Below, piece by piece: positions 24,905 to 38,920 of a DNA stretch of 64,000 bases; the stretch's first letter is position 1, and the number at the start of each line of letters is the position of its first letter. The DNA comes from Lama guanicoe (taxonomy: Eukaryota): contig MU053487.1 of assembly GCA_013239625.1 (NCBI GenBank), positions 1,011,058 through 1,075,057 on the forward strand, read 5' to 3'. The translations under genes and the position numbers were made by a program. The notes beneath the pieces are model-generated. The model saw only the letters and a list, made by a program, of their open reading frames with translations. It did no database searches and had not been told where the DNA came from.

Positions 24905-25090
24905 CATTCATTTGTTCATTCATTCATTCATTCATTCATTCATTCAGTCTAACTATATGTTTTAGTTGTGACCCTCTTTCTGTCTGGCTCTGTGCTAAAC
25001 TTTGGTATAAAAGATGCAAAGACATGGTTCATGTCTTACAGGACTTCTTACTCGGGGTGGGGGGAAAGACCTGCAGACAGACATATGAAA
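24905..25090 (-). mobile_element. L2 3' end with (ATTC)n tail
   Basis: cattcatttgttcattcattcattcattc followed by ggctctgtgctaaac...aaagacatggttcatgtctt. Confidence 0.65.
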
Positions 25091-28000
25091 CATTAAAAAC
25101 ATCATAGCAGAATTTTAAAATGCAGTAAGATTACAGAAGATTTAAAATAAACTCCAAATACCCAATTCTGTTTAGGGCAACATGGAGTGATCATAGAGAA
25201 AGCCTGATTTGAATCACAACTTGGAAGGCAAGTAGTAATCTGGCACAGCACTTAAGGATGGGAGTATGGGAGACCTAAGAGGAAAATGAGGGCGAAAGTA
25301 TGTGATGTGAACAACCTGATTGATTAGAAAAACTGCTAGTAAGTCAGCGTGGCAATCAGTTAGGGGATATGCAGAGTGGCCGGGAAGGTGACAAAGTCTC
25401 TGCAGTGCCATCGAGCATTTGGCTTTTACCTCTTGGGCATTCATTCCTGACTATATCCATATGAAGATCTATATAACTTTCAAAACGTGATAAAAATTTA
25501 AGTACCTCCTTGTGGTCTATAGTAACAACAGTGACAAAAGGCTCATAAAGCCGGGAGAGAAAGGCTGAGTATCAATAAACCTGTAGAAAGCAAATGAGCA
25601 CAAGGCTGCACTCTGGATTTCCTAGAGACACAGAGAAAGGGGACAACTTGAAACTTGATGGGTTACTTCTTTCTAGCAAAGAACAATTGTGTCTTCTTCA
25701 TGGGGAGATGTGTGCTTCCTCAGATGTGGACGTAGACAACTCTCTGGCAGGCCTCTGTCTGAAAAATCATCGAATGATGGTGAGAGGCATTGTCTTTGAA
25801 CATGTGTCACAGGTAGTGTGCACATTTGTCCTTAGAACTGCTTGTTTTACTTTCAGTCTCGTGGTGAAAGAGGAAGACTGTTAGGTGGGCACTTTACAAT
25901 GAAGGCCAGAGCTGGGAGACATGTTCAGAAGACAGGGGTGTGTGTTGTCTTCCTGCTATGTTTCTGATGGTGCCTGGCAAAGAGTTAGGGACCCTATAGA
26001 CCCTTTAGGACAGGCTTTCTCATATGATTTAACTGTGACAAACCCAACCTTGAATTTGGCTTAGGTTTCCAGACTTACTTTCATGGTAAGACAGTTCATT
26101 TTTTCTGCTCTCAACATGCTGTGAGCTGAGAATTATGAACTGAAGGAGAAAGTAATGATGACCAAATAATTGCCCAGGCTCCTACTGAGACTTCTTACTA
26201 GATGTGGATTTGGCAACTTGGTGAGTTGTCTGTTGTTGGCAAATTCAGGATTCACGTGTCAGAGATCAAATAATGCTAGATGTGTACTCCCTCATGTTGT
26301 AGACAGTCACAAAGTTAGAGTGGGACCCAGGACAGAAAGTTTGTTGGAGGTAATAACTATTTTTGAATTATTGAAAGAATCAGTTCTTCGATTTGTGGAT
26401 TTATACTGCAACAGTGAAGTGCAATGGGAGAAAAAGACAAGCCATCATCTTTAACTAGCATTAGCAGAGCATAGTTCACAAAGTGTGAATCATCTCCTTT
26501 GTGTTTATGGCTCGATAATGCAAAGGCATGATTATTTCTCCTTCACAAATGAAGAAACTGGGGTGCAGAGGGGTGAAGTGAGTTCATCCCATTTCACAGA
26601 ACCCAAGATCCTAAATCCCAGTTCTTTATGCATTTTATTAGGCCATAGCTGTTTCTTCTAAGATACTTCCCTGGGCACGAAGATTTCTGATAGGTATCTT
26701 AGAAATAGGGATCCTGGCTGTCTGAAATGAGATTACATATGGGCCAGAAGCCAGGAGATCGACTATGTGATTTTTTAATGCGTTTTTCTTCCCTTAAGTC
26801 ACTTGGCTCTTTACTACGACATCGGTGGCATGGGAGATAGTGGATGGGTGGGTGGGGCATGCCACTTTGTTGCACTTGGTGACTGTCTCCAGTAGCTGTC
26901 TGGCTGCCTACCTTTTTCTTGTGTTTCCCAGGAGGAGGTGAATATTTCATTTTAGAGAAACTGGACTCTAACCCAAAGTGACCCTGAAGTCTGAGCTGCA
27001 TATTAATCTCTATCAATGGGAGAAAAGCACTTTGTTCTTAAAAATTCACTTGCTCCTTCTTCTTGCCCTTGAAGACATCATATTTGAAGCAGCAGGGAAC
27101 AGAGGAAAGCTAACAGTTTGTTCTTTGGATTTCTACCAGTCCAATTTTCTAACTTACTTTCTAAAATAAGTGTTACCATGAAGGACCAGGAAAGACCTCT
27201 GATTTTGTCACTCCATCAGCAGTCTTAAAATGCAGGAGAAGTACGTGTCTGTAAGGGCCAAACTATTTAAGATGTACTGACCACAAGACTCTCAGTTTAC
27301 TGTCATTTGAATGTCACTGCAATCAGCAGCCACAAATCTTTAATAAATGACACTGATTAGGAATTTTTCCTAACAGGTCAGGGCACTGAATCCTCTTATT
27401 TCCTTTCTGGTTTCCCTCTTGGGGCCTGTTTCTTCCTGTGTTTGATCTCTCCTTTTTCTGACACACAGCTCATATCTTTTTTCCATCTCTGCATCTTAAT
27501 CTTCTGTTAGTCTACCACAAGTGTATTTGCTTTGACTGAAAGGACAAACAGATGTTGACTTCCATAATGTGAAGCACACACACAAAAAGAACAATTAATT
27601 TATATCTGTTACAATTCTGCTCCAACAATGACAGCCCTTGAAAATATATTTTCCATTTGAGACACAAACCATATTTTGTTTTCATGTAGATGCTCAACAG
27701 AATTTAACTTCAAGTTACATTCACATTCCCCAGGAGAGAGTCTTTAATTGTTCTCGGAAATAAAGCCAGTGAATATTTCCGTTTTAAATATTTGAAAGGC
27801 CTTTTTTTCCTCAAATGAGTTCATATTTTTTGCTTGCATTTTAAAAATTAGCCCTTGTCAATCATCATTTGCTTCATCAGAAGCAAAATACAGTTACAAA
27901 TAGTTTCCAGTTATAGTTAACAAAAAATTATTCCTGATTTAGGAATTAGGCAGACATATACAGGAGACAAACATGTTTTAGGGTGTTCCTGGTGGATAAA

Positions 28001-31000
28001 GTGGCTGTTTAAAAAGAAACAGATTTCATGATTTGGTTGCCCTTGGAACTGCTGAGGATGGACATATATATAACACCACACACGGACATGCACACGCGTG
28101 CACACACACACGCAGACACGCTTTTCATGTGTTTGCTTCTCCTCTGCAACTTTCTAGCTTAGCCTGTCCATGTGTTGAGCTTATCCTGACCTAGCAGAGG
28201 GGGTTAGCAGTCTTCTAGTAGTGAGGTCTGGATTAATTGTGCAGCTGTAGTTCTGGTGCCTGCTAGATACAAGGTTAGGATCTGGTGTTCAGCCAGTAAC
28301 AACATAATTCAAACTTAACTGGTCTGTAAAAAAGCTTAGTTTCAACCCCATTTTCCTCTATGGCACTCCAGTTTCCCGACTAGGTCTGGAGCCCTGCTCT
28401 GAGCAATAAGTCATTTGTTTTCTGCTGGCATTTTGACTAGTTCATTCTAGAAACTTCTGTTTTGGAGCCAGAATCTGTTTTATGTCCGTCACTGCAGTTT
28501 CGACCTTTTAATCAAAGATCTGCCTGGACTTGCCTTCCCATAGCCAGTGTTGTCCGACTCTGTCATGCCACCCTTGCCCTATCCCCATTTCTTATCTCCA
28601 ACCCATACCCATCTTCATCTCGATCTTCACTTCCATTTACACTGCTATCCTCAACCCCCTCTACCAATACTAGTTGTAGGCTCCTCTACCCTACCACTCC
28701 CAGTCACAGGACTGCTCAGTGTGCTGACCTGTCCAGAAACTGCAAACCAAATTGCTTATCACTCGTTGTTGTGTATGACCTGTGGAGTCAGTCATCTGGT
28801 CACTCCAGAGTAATAGTTACGGTAGTTGAGGAGTAGATAATCAGAAAGCTGATGAGGTGCTACTCCAGCTTTCTCAGGAGCTCTACTCTATTTCCTGTCC
28901 CTTGTGACTCTTTCTTAACTCTGTAACTCTTTCTCTAACTCTGGTCACATGTTCTAAATATAGCTTTCTATACTTTTCATTCACCTAGACCTAAACTTCT
29001 TTCCCTGGCTTGTGTTTCATTATTCTTTGCCCAAGCATGAGGCTGCACAAGAAACATACCTCTTTTCAATGTCCCCCACTCCAGGAATTGGACTCACTGG
29101 GCTTAAAAAAAAAGCTTGGAGATAATACTGAGATCTCTTTCTGAAACGATGGACCTGGGGATACCTGCAGGGTCAAGAACATTGTAACACATATTCGTTC
29201 ACAAGTGGGTCCTTTCCATATATCTGCTAACCACGTTGGACTGTGCTGGTTAGGGTTACTATTAATCAGAAAGTGTCTGAAAGCTGTGTAGAAGATTGAA
29301 AAAAGTAATAATAAATTTTTGTGTAATAGAATCTGCTCAAGATAGAGCATTGAGATTAGCTGGCAGACACAGAGACAGAGATCTGCTAAGAAAAAGTCAT
29401 TTAGTAGATAATAAATCTAACCCGAACAAGGCCTCTGGGTCCCACCTCAATGCGTCAGATACCCTAATTTCAGAAATGCAAATGTTATAGGATTAAAGCA
29501 AAATGAAATATTGAGAGAATATTAAGCATAACCTGATGCACTATTAATCTCAGCCTTCCTCTGAGAGTCATGTTTCAGAAAGAGATACAAAAGAACTTCC
29601 AAAGGAAGCATTTATATCTGGGAGCCTATTCAACAGGAGCAAACAAGCCTCCTGTAATGTGTAGACGTTATGGAACAGAGACTTCTCTCTCCCTTCTCCC
29701 TGGCTTTCTAGAAGAACCGTTGACCTGTGTCATAGTCACAATGTATCAGTGTTGTTTGTAAGCACAGCTCTTACCACGCTACTGACACTGCACTAGCAGT
29801 AAATTCAACTTGGAAACACAAGACAAATTATACAATTTGTGAGTGCCCAGGAAACAGCTCCTGTGGAAGTTTACATTAATAGCAGCCTCATTACAAGTTT
29901 AGCTTATTCTAAGCTACAGAGAATCTTGACTTTCTTACCAATTCATTATATCTTATATTCTGAAGATTATTTTGAATAATGAGAAAAATGAGCTTTTTCA
30001 GTAGCAGAAAGCATCAAATAAAAAAGCAAAAAGAATGGTGCTTTATAGAATCCCATGATTTGTACAAATGCTTCATGTCAATAAAGAATCATCAATGCTT
30101 GTCAAATCTGCACTGAAATTTCTGAAGACTGAAAATACAAATTCCAGCTGTCCAATTTCAAGTCAATACAGCTTGTCTAAATTCAACCCTTTGACATAAA
30201 AACAACTTGAAATTTATTGAATGCCTTTAAGCTGGCAGTTTAGACTTGTCAGATACCCACAGAGCAGAACTGGGCTGAGAAAATCCAACTTCCGTCATAG
30301 ACAAGGATTACAATCAACTAAATTTTCTTTTTCAGTCCTTCCAATCAGGTTCCTATTCAGTGCACTGTTTGGTTCCTGATGTTACTAAGATTCATAGGGC
30401 TCTATTTTCTTACCACAGTGGGATCATTTTTTTTCCTAGCACAACCTGGAATGGATTTGATTTTTGTTTCGATCATTATTTGCCTCTTTGAGTATGAAAA
30501 TATTCTAGACAGGTTAAAATTTTTCAGGCAATGAGTTATTAAAAGAAATCTGATGTTTCATTTTTTGATCCAAAGTTCAAGACTTGCTGGGTGTCACAAT
30601 TCCATCCTTGCTGTCTAATTGTTTTCATCTTATTGGTTCCTGAACTCCTCCTGATCTCTGTGTTATGCTCTGGAATAGGACAGGGGTCATAAAAATGCCA
30701 ACCCTAGGAAATTGGGGTTTGAAAGCTTGCTATCGACTGTTTGTCTTTCACATGTCGTACTACATCCCAACTTTTCCAACAAAACTGATCTCCACGAACC
30801 CATTTATTCATTCAACCAAATGGCAATGTGTGCTTGACACTTCACTAGGTATGGTAGTATAGAGACCAAAAAGTCTCAGTCCTTGTCCTGTGGAAACTCA
30901 GGCTCAAGTAGGGGAAGATACAGACGTGCAAGTGACAAAGCACTGACAAGGCAGCCATGGAAGCTCATGTGGAGTCAACCAGGTGTAAGACTTACTCAAG

Positions 31001-31394
31001 AGCGTACAACAGGGCACAAGCCAGGAATTAAAATGCGGTCTGCCTAATTTCACTGCTCTGTCCAGGGTTTCTGATTATGACAGCAGTTTTTTGTCTTGAA
31101 TCCACCCTGTCTCAGTCTCTCTTTTTCTCTGCACACACATATATGTTCACACACACACAGTTGTCAATTTCTCAGGCTTCTGAATTGTACACCTTCAGTT
31201 TGCAAACTCTTAAATGAAAAATAACTTGACAAAATTGCTGTTATATTATACTTGTTCTGCTGTACTTATAATTAACCCTTTCTGGATACACATAAATTAT
31301 AGAACTATACTGTGATACGTTCAGGTTCTAGTGAGACAAGTAGAATAGTTTGCCTGCATGAGCCAGGTCCAAGTCACCAAGCTTTGTTACTGTC

Positions 31395-31745
31395 TTTGTG
31401 ATAAACTACACACAACACAGAATTTACCATTTTAATCACTTTTAAGTTTACAGTTGAGTGGCATTAAGTATATTCACATTGTTTTGTGTGCTTTTTTTCA
31501 TTTTTTTTAACTTAGGATGAGCGTATTTTATTTTTCAGTTTTACTGAGGTATAAGTGACAAATAAAATGCTGAGATATTTTGAAGTACATTCACACTGTT
31601 GTACAACCATCTCCACTACCCATCTCCAGAACTTTTTCATCATCCCAAACTGAGATTCTGTACCTATTAAATAACTCCCCAATCCCCTCAGCTCCTGGTA
31701 AGCACTATTCTACTTTCTGTCCCTATGGGTGTGACTATTCTGGGC
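31395..31745 (-). mobile_element. L1MB-type 3' end, split by a nested insertion
   Basis: aatttaccattttaatcacttttaag...gtggcattaagtatattcacattgtt / gtacaaccatc...ccagaactttttcatcatcccaaactga. Confidence 0.8.
31484..31582 (-). mobile_element. Short L1 3' tail nested in the L1MB
   Basis: T-rich tail plus cagttttactgaggtataagtgacaaataaaat; flanked by aagtatattcacattgtt (31466-31483) / aagtacattcacactgtt (31583-31600). Confidence 0.7.
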
Positions 31746-33473
31746 ACCAGAGCTCGGAGCTTCCACTCACCATTTTGCTCATGTCACTTTTCAAGTCACT
31801 GAGCTTCTTGTTCACAAGTGGTGGGGGTGGGAGATTAGTGTGGGGTGGTGTGTGGGAGGGAACAGGCATGGGAAATACAAGGTTTAGAACAGGGTGAAAT
31901 TAAAGATCCTTCATGCATTTAGTTCCCATTTTTCGAGGAACAAAGTGGGAATAGTTGCCAGTTATATATTCAAACCTCACCTCACCTTCTCCTTCCCTCC
32001 CTCACAGAAAGATAGATGTAGTCCTAAATTCTGATAGTCTCCAGGAGTTCTACCCAGGTAATTCAGGAGCTGGATGATTTTTATTAATGGAGGAAATCAA
32101 GATTTGATTATCACACTCAACAAATTCTTTCCTACCTTAGTGCCAGTAAGAGCTAGATTTTGGAGACATCTGAGCATACTCAAAACCAACTAGGAGAACC
32201 AGCTGGTTTCTATTTCAACTAGAGACTCACCAGTTCATTTCAACATTGTCTGAACTCCATGTCCTCCCCTTCTCCCAAAAGATAGAGAAGGTTAAAAACA
32301 GGGTCTCCTCCCTGAAGTCAGACCCTAAATTCACATATTATTGATTTGGTACATTATTGACTATTTTAGGATCTGCTGTACTTTCAGTGAGAACAAGGCT
32401 TTCTTAAAGTAATTTGATGATAGATGAAATTCTCATGATCACAAGAGAATTGTTGATCCCTTTGAATTATTGCAGGGAAGAATAAATATCTAATTATTTT
32501 AGCCTAATCATTGTCATTCCTTTTCATCTCCCAACATCCTAGTCATTTCTTATTGTTTTTTTTCTCCCTACCCCATCAACTCTTTTGAAAAGTGATCCTT
32601 TTGAGTTCAGCTGAGATAAAAGAGGCTTAAAGATAAGAAATAACAGAAGTCCGTGCACTTGGTGGGGATTACAAGTGGAATTAACATGGCTATACAAAAT
32701 GAAGCCACAGTTTGGAGCTTGGAAATGAGAAGGTTATTTATTCTTTGAAATCCTAGGCACTAGTTAGGTTGTTATTAATCACAGCAACCACAAGGCTGAG
32801 GTGGGGAAGCTACACTTGCAGATGGAAAACTTGTAGGTTTTAAGTCTCTATCAGTACTCTTTTTAAAAACAATGGGGAAAAAATCTTAAGTTTTGAAAAC
32901 TGTCTAAAATTAAGTATAAAGGTAGCAATCTCCCTTTCCTCCTTTGCCACCCACAGGGCCACACTCTAATGGTAAATATCTTTTATCCACTTTCCTTTTT
33001 AGCTCGTTTGGTGGTTCCCATTAGTATTTTAAATGTTTTTTCTGCTTCTGTTTCTTGTGATATCAACTTTCAGCAGCACCAATTTCTGTGCAATGAAATT
33101 TAGAGTTCTGAAACATTTTTACTATTTTGTACCTCATCTTCTTGATTCATACTTAAATTTTGTCATTCACAGTATTATTGTAGTTCTTCTAGTAATTCCC
33201 TTTATCACTGTAAATGATAAAAATTCACATTCACGTTTCTTGATTTATCAAATTTAGAGAATACTCTTGAAGGGAGAATAAATTAGTATATTTATAATTG
33301 TTTCAATTTCTTCTTTTCCCTTCACTGACTAACTTTTGTTGTTGTTTATTTAACTTTTATATTGTCATAGTTCGTAGTACTTATATTGTTCTCCCATACC
33401 TGTAATATTACTTTCTGCTTTTTGTCTATAGGTTAATTTTCAAAATTAAAATTCCCCCCAAATAGGGATTAAA

Positions 33474-35175
33474 TAGGTTAAAGGCTTGAATGTTAGACCT
33501 GAAACCATAAAACTTCTAGAAGAAAATACAGACAGTACACATTTTGACATTGGTCTTAGCAATGTTTTTTGGATATGTCTCCTCGGGCAAGGGAAACCAA
33601 AGCAAAACTATACAAATGGGACTACATCAAAGGGAAAGGCTTTTGCACTGTGAAGGAAACTATGAACAAAATGAAAAGGCTGCCTACAGAATAGGGGAAA
33701 ATATTTGCAAATTAACGTATCTGATAAGGGTTTAATATCCAATATATACAAAGAATTCATACAACTCGACATCAGAAAACAAACTACCTGATTAAAAAAT
33801 GGACAAAGGATCTGAATAGGCATTTTTCCAAGGAAGACATACAGATGACCAACAGGTTCATGAAAAATGCTCAACATCACTACTTATCAGGGAAAAAGAA
33901 GTGAAAACCACAACGGAATATTACCTCATGCCTGTTAGACTAACCTTCAAAAAACGGGCAACAAATAGCAAGTGTTGATGAGCATGTAGAGTAAAGGGAT
34001 CCCTTGTGCACTGCTGGTGGGAAAGTAAATTGGTGCAGCCATTATGGAAAACAGAATGGAAATTCCTCAAAAAAATTAAAAATAGAACAATCATATAATC
34101 CAGCAATTCCACTCCTAGGTATTTATCCCAAGAAAATGAAAACAGAAATTGGAAAAGATATATGCACCTCTGTCTGTGTTCACTGCATCACCATTTACAA
34201 GATATGGAAGCAACCTAAGTGACCATCAACAGATGAATGGATGAAGAAGATATATACCATACACACACACGCACACACACACACAATGAAGTACACACAC
34301 ACACACGCACACACACACACAGAGTGGAGTATTATTCAGCCATAAAAAGAATGAAATCTTGCCATTTGTGACAACATAGATGGACCTAGAGGGTATTATG
34401 CTAAATAAACTAAGTCAGACAAGAGAAAAACAACTGCTATATGACTTCACTTATATGTGGAACCTAAAAAAACAAAACAAATGAGCAAACATAACTAAAC
34501 AGAAACAGTCATATATACAGAGAGTAAACAGCTGGTTGCCAGAGGGGAGTGGCTGAGAGGAGAGAAATAAGTGAGGGAGATTAAGAGGTACAAACTTTCA
34601 GTTACAAAAGAAATGAGTCAAGGGTATGAAGTATACAGTGGGGGAATGCAGTCAGTAATTGTGTAATCTCAGTATGGTGACAGATGGTAACTAGACTTAT
34701 CCTGGTATCATTTTAAAATGTATAGAAATATCGGATCACTATGTAGTGTACCAAAAATTAACCTCACGTTGTAGGTCAATTTTACTCTGAAAATAAACAA
34801 TCTCATAGAAAAAGAGAACCCCTTTTGGTTCTCAAGGGTGCACAAGGGTTCCCTTTACTCTACAGGTGAGGTGAGGGAGATATGGAGGGGAGGAGAAACT
34901 GGATGAAGGCAGTCAAAAAGATACAAACTTCCAGTTAGAAAATAAGTACTAGGGATGTAATGTACAACATGGTGAGTACAGTTTACACTGCTCTACATCA
35001 TATGTGAATGCTGTTGAGAGTAAATCCTGAGTTCTCATTGCAAGGAAGAAAATATTTTTTTCTATTTAATTTTGTATCTGTATGAGATGATGGATGTTCA
35101 TTAAACTTACTGTGATCATTTCATGATGCATGTAAGTCAGATCATTATAACTGTACACCTTAAACTTATACATCA
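33474..35175 (+). mobile_element. LINE-1 3' portion (degraded ORF2 C-terminus plus long 3' UTR)
   Basis: gacctgaaaccataaaacttctagaagaaaa; ORF track [13 protein letters not shown] and WKQPK; 3' UTR with internal (CA)n at 34260-34321. Confidence 0.92.
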
Positions 35176-38084
35176 GTCTAGACTTGAACTCATGTCTTAT
35201 TTTGGACCTTGTCCCCTTCTGTTTCATTATTTTACTCTGAGCTCTGAGTGCAGTTGGGGCAAACCTCACATAGAGAAGTAGCCATATTTTGCAAGAAACC
35301 ATATGAAATCAAAGGAAACTCAAAGAAGGGAAATCATAGGGATAACAAAACAGGATCTCTAATACCAGTGGTCTCATAGTAACGGATAGATTGCTCCCTA
35401 TTCTTGCCAATTCTTTTAAATGTAACCTTTATTTGCAGGAGACATGATCAATGTAACTGGCCTCGTTGGCAGTTTAAATTTAAGCACCTTGGGTTATGAG
35501 TGTTGATTAAGATAACATTGTGGTATTGCAAGAAAATTATGAAATCAGAAATACTTCACCCTCTTCCAGTCTAATTGATGACAGAGATTTAGGCAAATCC
35601 TTCTGTCTCTGAGCCAGCTTTAATTGCCCTATATATAAAATGAAGGTAGACCCAGTGGCTTTTAACATTTTCTGGTTCAAAATCTAAGCAAGCAGAAGTA
35701 GGCAAATGCAGCTTAATCAGTTGACAAAGTTACTGATAAAGAGCTATCCAGGGATGATCCTTATAGGTTATGACATTCAGATGTGCATCTTGGTCCCAGT
35801 AATTGTTACTGGTTATGCTTAGTGCCAGGCTAGATTCCAGTAAAGGTTTGGTCTTCAACAGTGTGAACTTGAGAAGGGCACACACACACACACACAGTTA
35901 TTCCAGGGCAGACACTTCCAGTAAGGTCATCAGATATTTTTCCTGAGTAGAGATCTGTCCATTCTAGTTCATTTGTCTTAATGCTTATTTTCTTTGCTTC
36001 GACATGGTTGTGCCTTCTGAGAGAAGCTGCTGCTGTAATATACAACCTGAATAACCTGAGTCCCAAGAGTTCATCCTTTATTACTTGCTGAAGACTCTGA
36101 TCTAAGATTCTCAGGGAAGAGCCTGGTGTTTAGAGGAAAACTTCAAGTTATTAAATCCCATCCTGATGGTTGGCTTAGATCTGGCTTCTGTCTCAATTTT
36201 CCTGCACAGAGCTCCTGGCTCCTGCTTCCTATTCATCTGATGACTCCCCAGAATTTCTATTGAGAAGAGTCTTATGCTAGCTGTGTTTAAAAGGGGGAGC
36301 TGTGTGTCTTACTTTGAACCCACTCATGAATACTAAGTACCCTGTTTCATTTTGTTAAAACAGTTCAGCTACTTTGTCTTGCCCTTGTTGGCTTCATCTC
36401 AGGAGACTGGACATGCACCATCTCTGTTTTGGGTTCTTCTGAGATGGAGATGGAGAGGTTTCCAGGACCTTCAGATCATAGCATTATGTATACACTGACC
36501 TGGAGCCTCTAATCCCAGCCTTTGTTCCACTCATTTATGGCTTCTGCCCAGTCTCTTGACTCCACTGCAGGGCCTTGACCTACCTATGGTCACCCGAGGG
36601 ATCCTCACCTTTGCAGACTATTTTAGGGTGTGCCTCTTCGCACCCAGGTAATGGAAATCTCCTGAGTACCGGCCGTGGCTCCCTCAAAGCCATTCTCTAA
36701 ACAGCCTCATCAGGATCTAATTCAGTCCCTTTTGATTCTCAAGCAGGGACTTCCATCAGATAAAGAAGCTGTCACTGCCTTTCTTGAATCATTAAGAGAA
36801 GGAAAGCTGTAGAGTTAAAAGGCTGGCATCACAATGACAGCAGGCTATTACAAGCAGGTTAAGAGCCTTCTTTTTTTTTAAGTTTCTTAACCCCCTACTG
36901 CTGTTCAAATAATCAAAAAGGGATCTTCCTTGAAACTGACTTAATTCTCAGGAGGAATGAAAAGACATTTAAAGGGCAAGCCAGCTTCATAAAATGACAT
37001 GAAAAGGTTCTAAAATAGTGTTTTATTCTAAAGGATGTTTGCAAATGTCAGAGGTAACATATTGATTACATTCCTAGCAGTTCTTGCTCAGGGATGCTTA
37101 GCTGCCTTTGGTTTAACTAATGCTGTTGAACTGTGCTCCTGGAATGAGTTATCTTGACCACCTTGCTTTGTTTACCTAAACTTTCCTGCCCCACTGGACT
37201 TTATCCACAAATGAATAAAAGGTGTTATTGAATCTGTAATGTTTATGAATCTTTTGCTACTTAACTTTTCTTGCAAATTACATAAAGTCTTGAAATTGGC
37301 TTTAGAAGTTAGTTGGCCTCCAAGCTCCTCAGCTGTTGTCCTACATGCTGCTGGAAAATGTTGAAAGTTGGTTCTTTCATCTGAGGATATGACCATGAAT
37401 GCCTAAACAAACAAAAGAGCCGCCTTGAAAGGGGACATATGATCCCTTTTAGAGCAAGATGGTTGGAAGGCAAACCTCTCAGATATTTCCAAGGCTCAGG
37501 CCTCCATGATGAAAATATCTCTGATACTCTTATTTGCTGATACTTGCCAGCTCTCAGTGGGAGCCGCGAGCATTGTGAAGAAAGTTGATCTCATCATAAC
37601 AGACATAGTGCTGGACAAGTCCCTCAATCTCTCTGAACTCAGGTTCCCAGTTTCCACACAAAGGAGTCCATAATAACTGCTCCGACTGCAGGGTCATACT
37701 AAGGCTCCAAGGAAATGAATAAGTGGTTCATACATGTGCTCTGATTTATAGTTTACAAAGGCCTTTCAATAATTGGTGAGGCTGAAACTGATAACTTCCC
37801 TTTTCATTTTTAGGACCACCCAGAATCCAGACATGAGATTTGTCCGTGGCATTTAACTTAGCCAAGCAGTAGGTATGAGTGCTGAATCAAGTATGTCCAC
37901 TTATATCAGTACATGCCAACTGTAGGTGTAACTGTGGCCTGAACTCACACACTTTGGCCAAAGACCAAAGACTGCCTAATTCATCAATAAAACAAAACTA
38001 TTAGTAATAATAGATATCGTTTTGGTCTCCTATTTTAGAGGTTTTGTATAGTGTAATAAGATCTTGTCCTTTTTACCGGAGGGG

Positions 38085-38920
38085 AGTAGCTACTTATTTT
38101 GTTATAAAAGTGATAACATGCTCATGTTAAATAAATTATAATAGTGATGAAGTAAGTAATGTGAAAATTAAAATCCTTTCCCTGACCCCTATCTCATTCT
38201 CCAGGGGAAATTACTGTTAATGGGTTCTTGTATATCCCTCCAGATATTGTCTGTTGTAATAGGAATGAATAGCTATTCACACTTTTCTGCACCTTTCCTC
38301 TCCCCCCCAAATATACATAAATATATAGATGAATATTTATTATATGTGTATGTGTCCATATACATGATTTATTTACATATACATACAGATCTACTACATA
38401 TTTGAATGGCGACATATCTTATCACATTGATATGACATAATGTATTTAACGACATCCCTGTTGAGGTACACTAGGTTTCTTAAAAATTTGATTTTTATTT
38501 GTTACTAAAAACAGTGCTATAAATACCCTTGGACAGATAATTTACATTATTTTGTAAGTTGAGTATTTCCTTATGCTGCTGATTTTTTATTTAGAGATTT
38601 TTAAACCTACGGTAAAGTTGAAACAAAAGCATGAAGAATCCCCAGATTTCCTTTACCTAGAGTCACTAATGTAAACACTTTACCACTTTTGCTTTCTCAG
38701 CAATGTATGAATATGCCTTTCCCAATGGTTTCATCAACAAATTAAGTTGTGCTTGTCAGTCTTCTGAATTTTTGCCAATTTGATAAGCAAAAATTGATAT
38801 CCCAGTTTAGTTTTGATTTGCATTCCTTTTAATTATGAGTTCCACAGATTTTTCACATGTTAAAGGACATTTTGTCTCTTTTTCATGTAATAACTTATTT
38901 CTGTGGTTTATTCACTTTTT
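38085..38920 (-). mobile_element. Old L1 (L1ME-type) fragments
   Basis: Antisense old-L1 text (aatttttgccaatttgataagcaaaaattgatatcccagtttagttttgatttgcattcc). Confidence 0.6.

Noticed and set aside
25594..25884. 96-aa ATG-initiated ORF with an internal acceptor/donor-like pair
   Set aside because: Peptide not recognisable and splice signals only moderate; cannot be supported from sequence alone.
28540..28720. C-rich, G-poor stretch suggesting a mitochondrial insertion (NUMT)
   Set aside because: I could not match it to any mitochondrial gene; strand skew alone is insufficient. BLAST against mtDNA would settle it.
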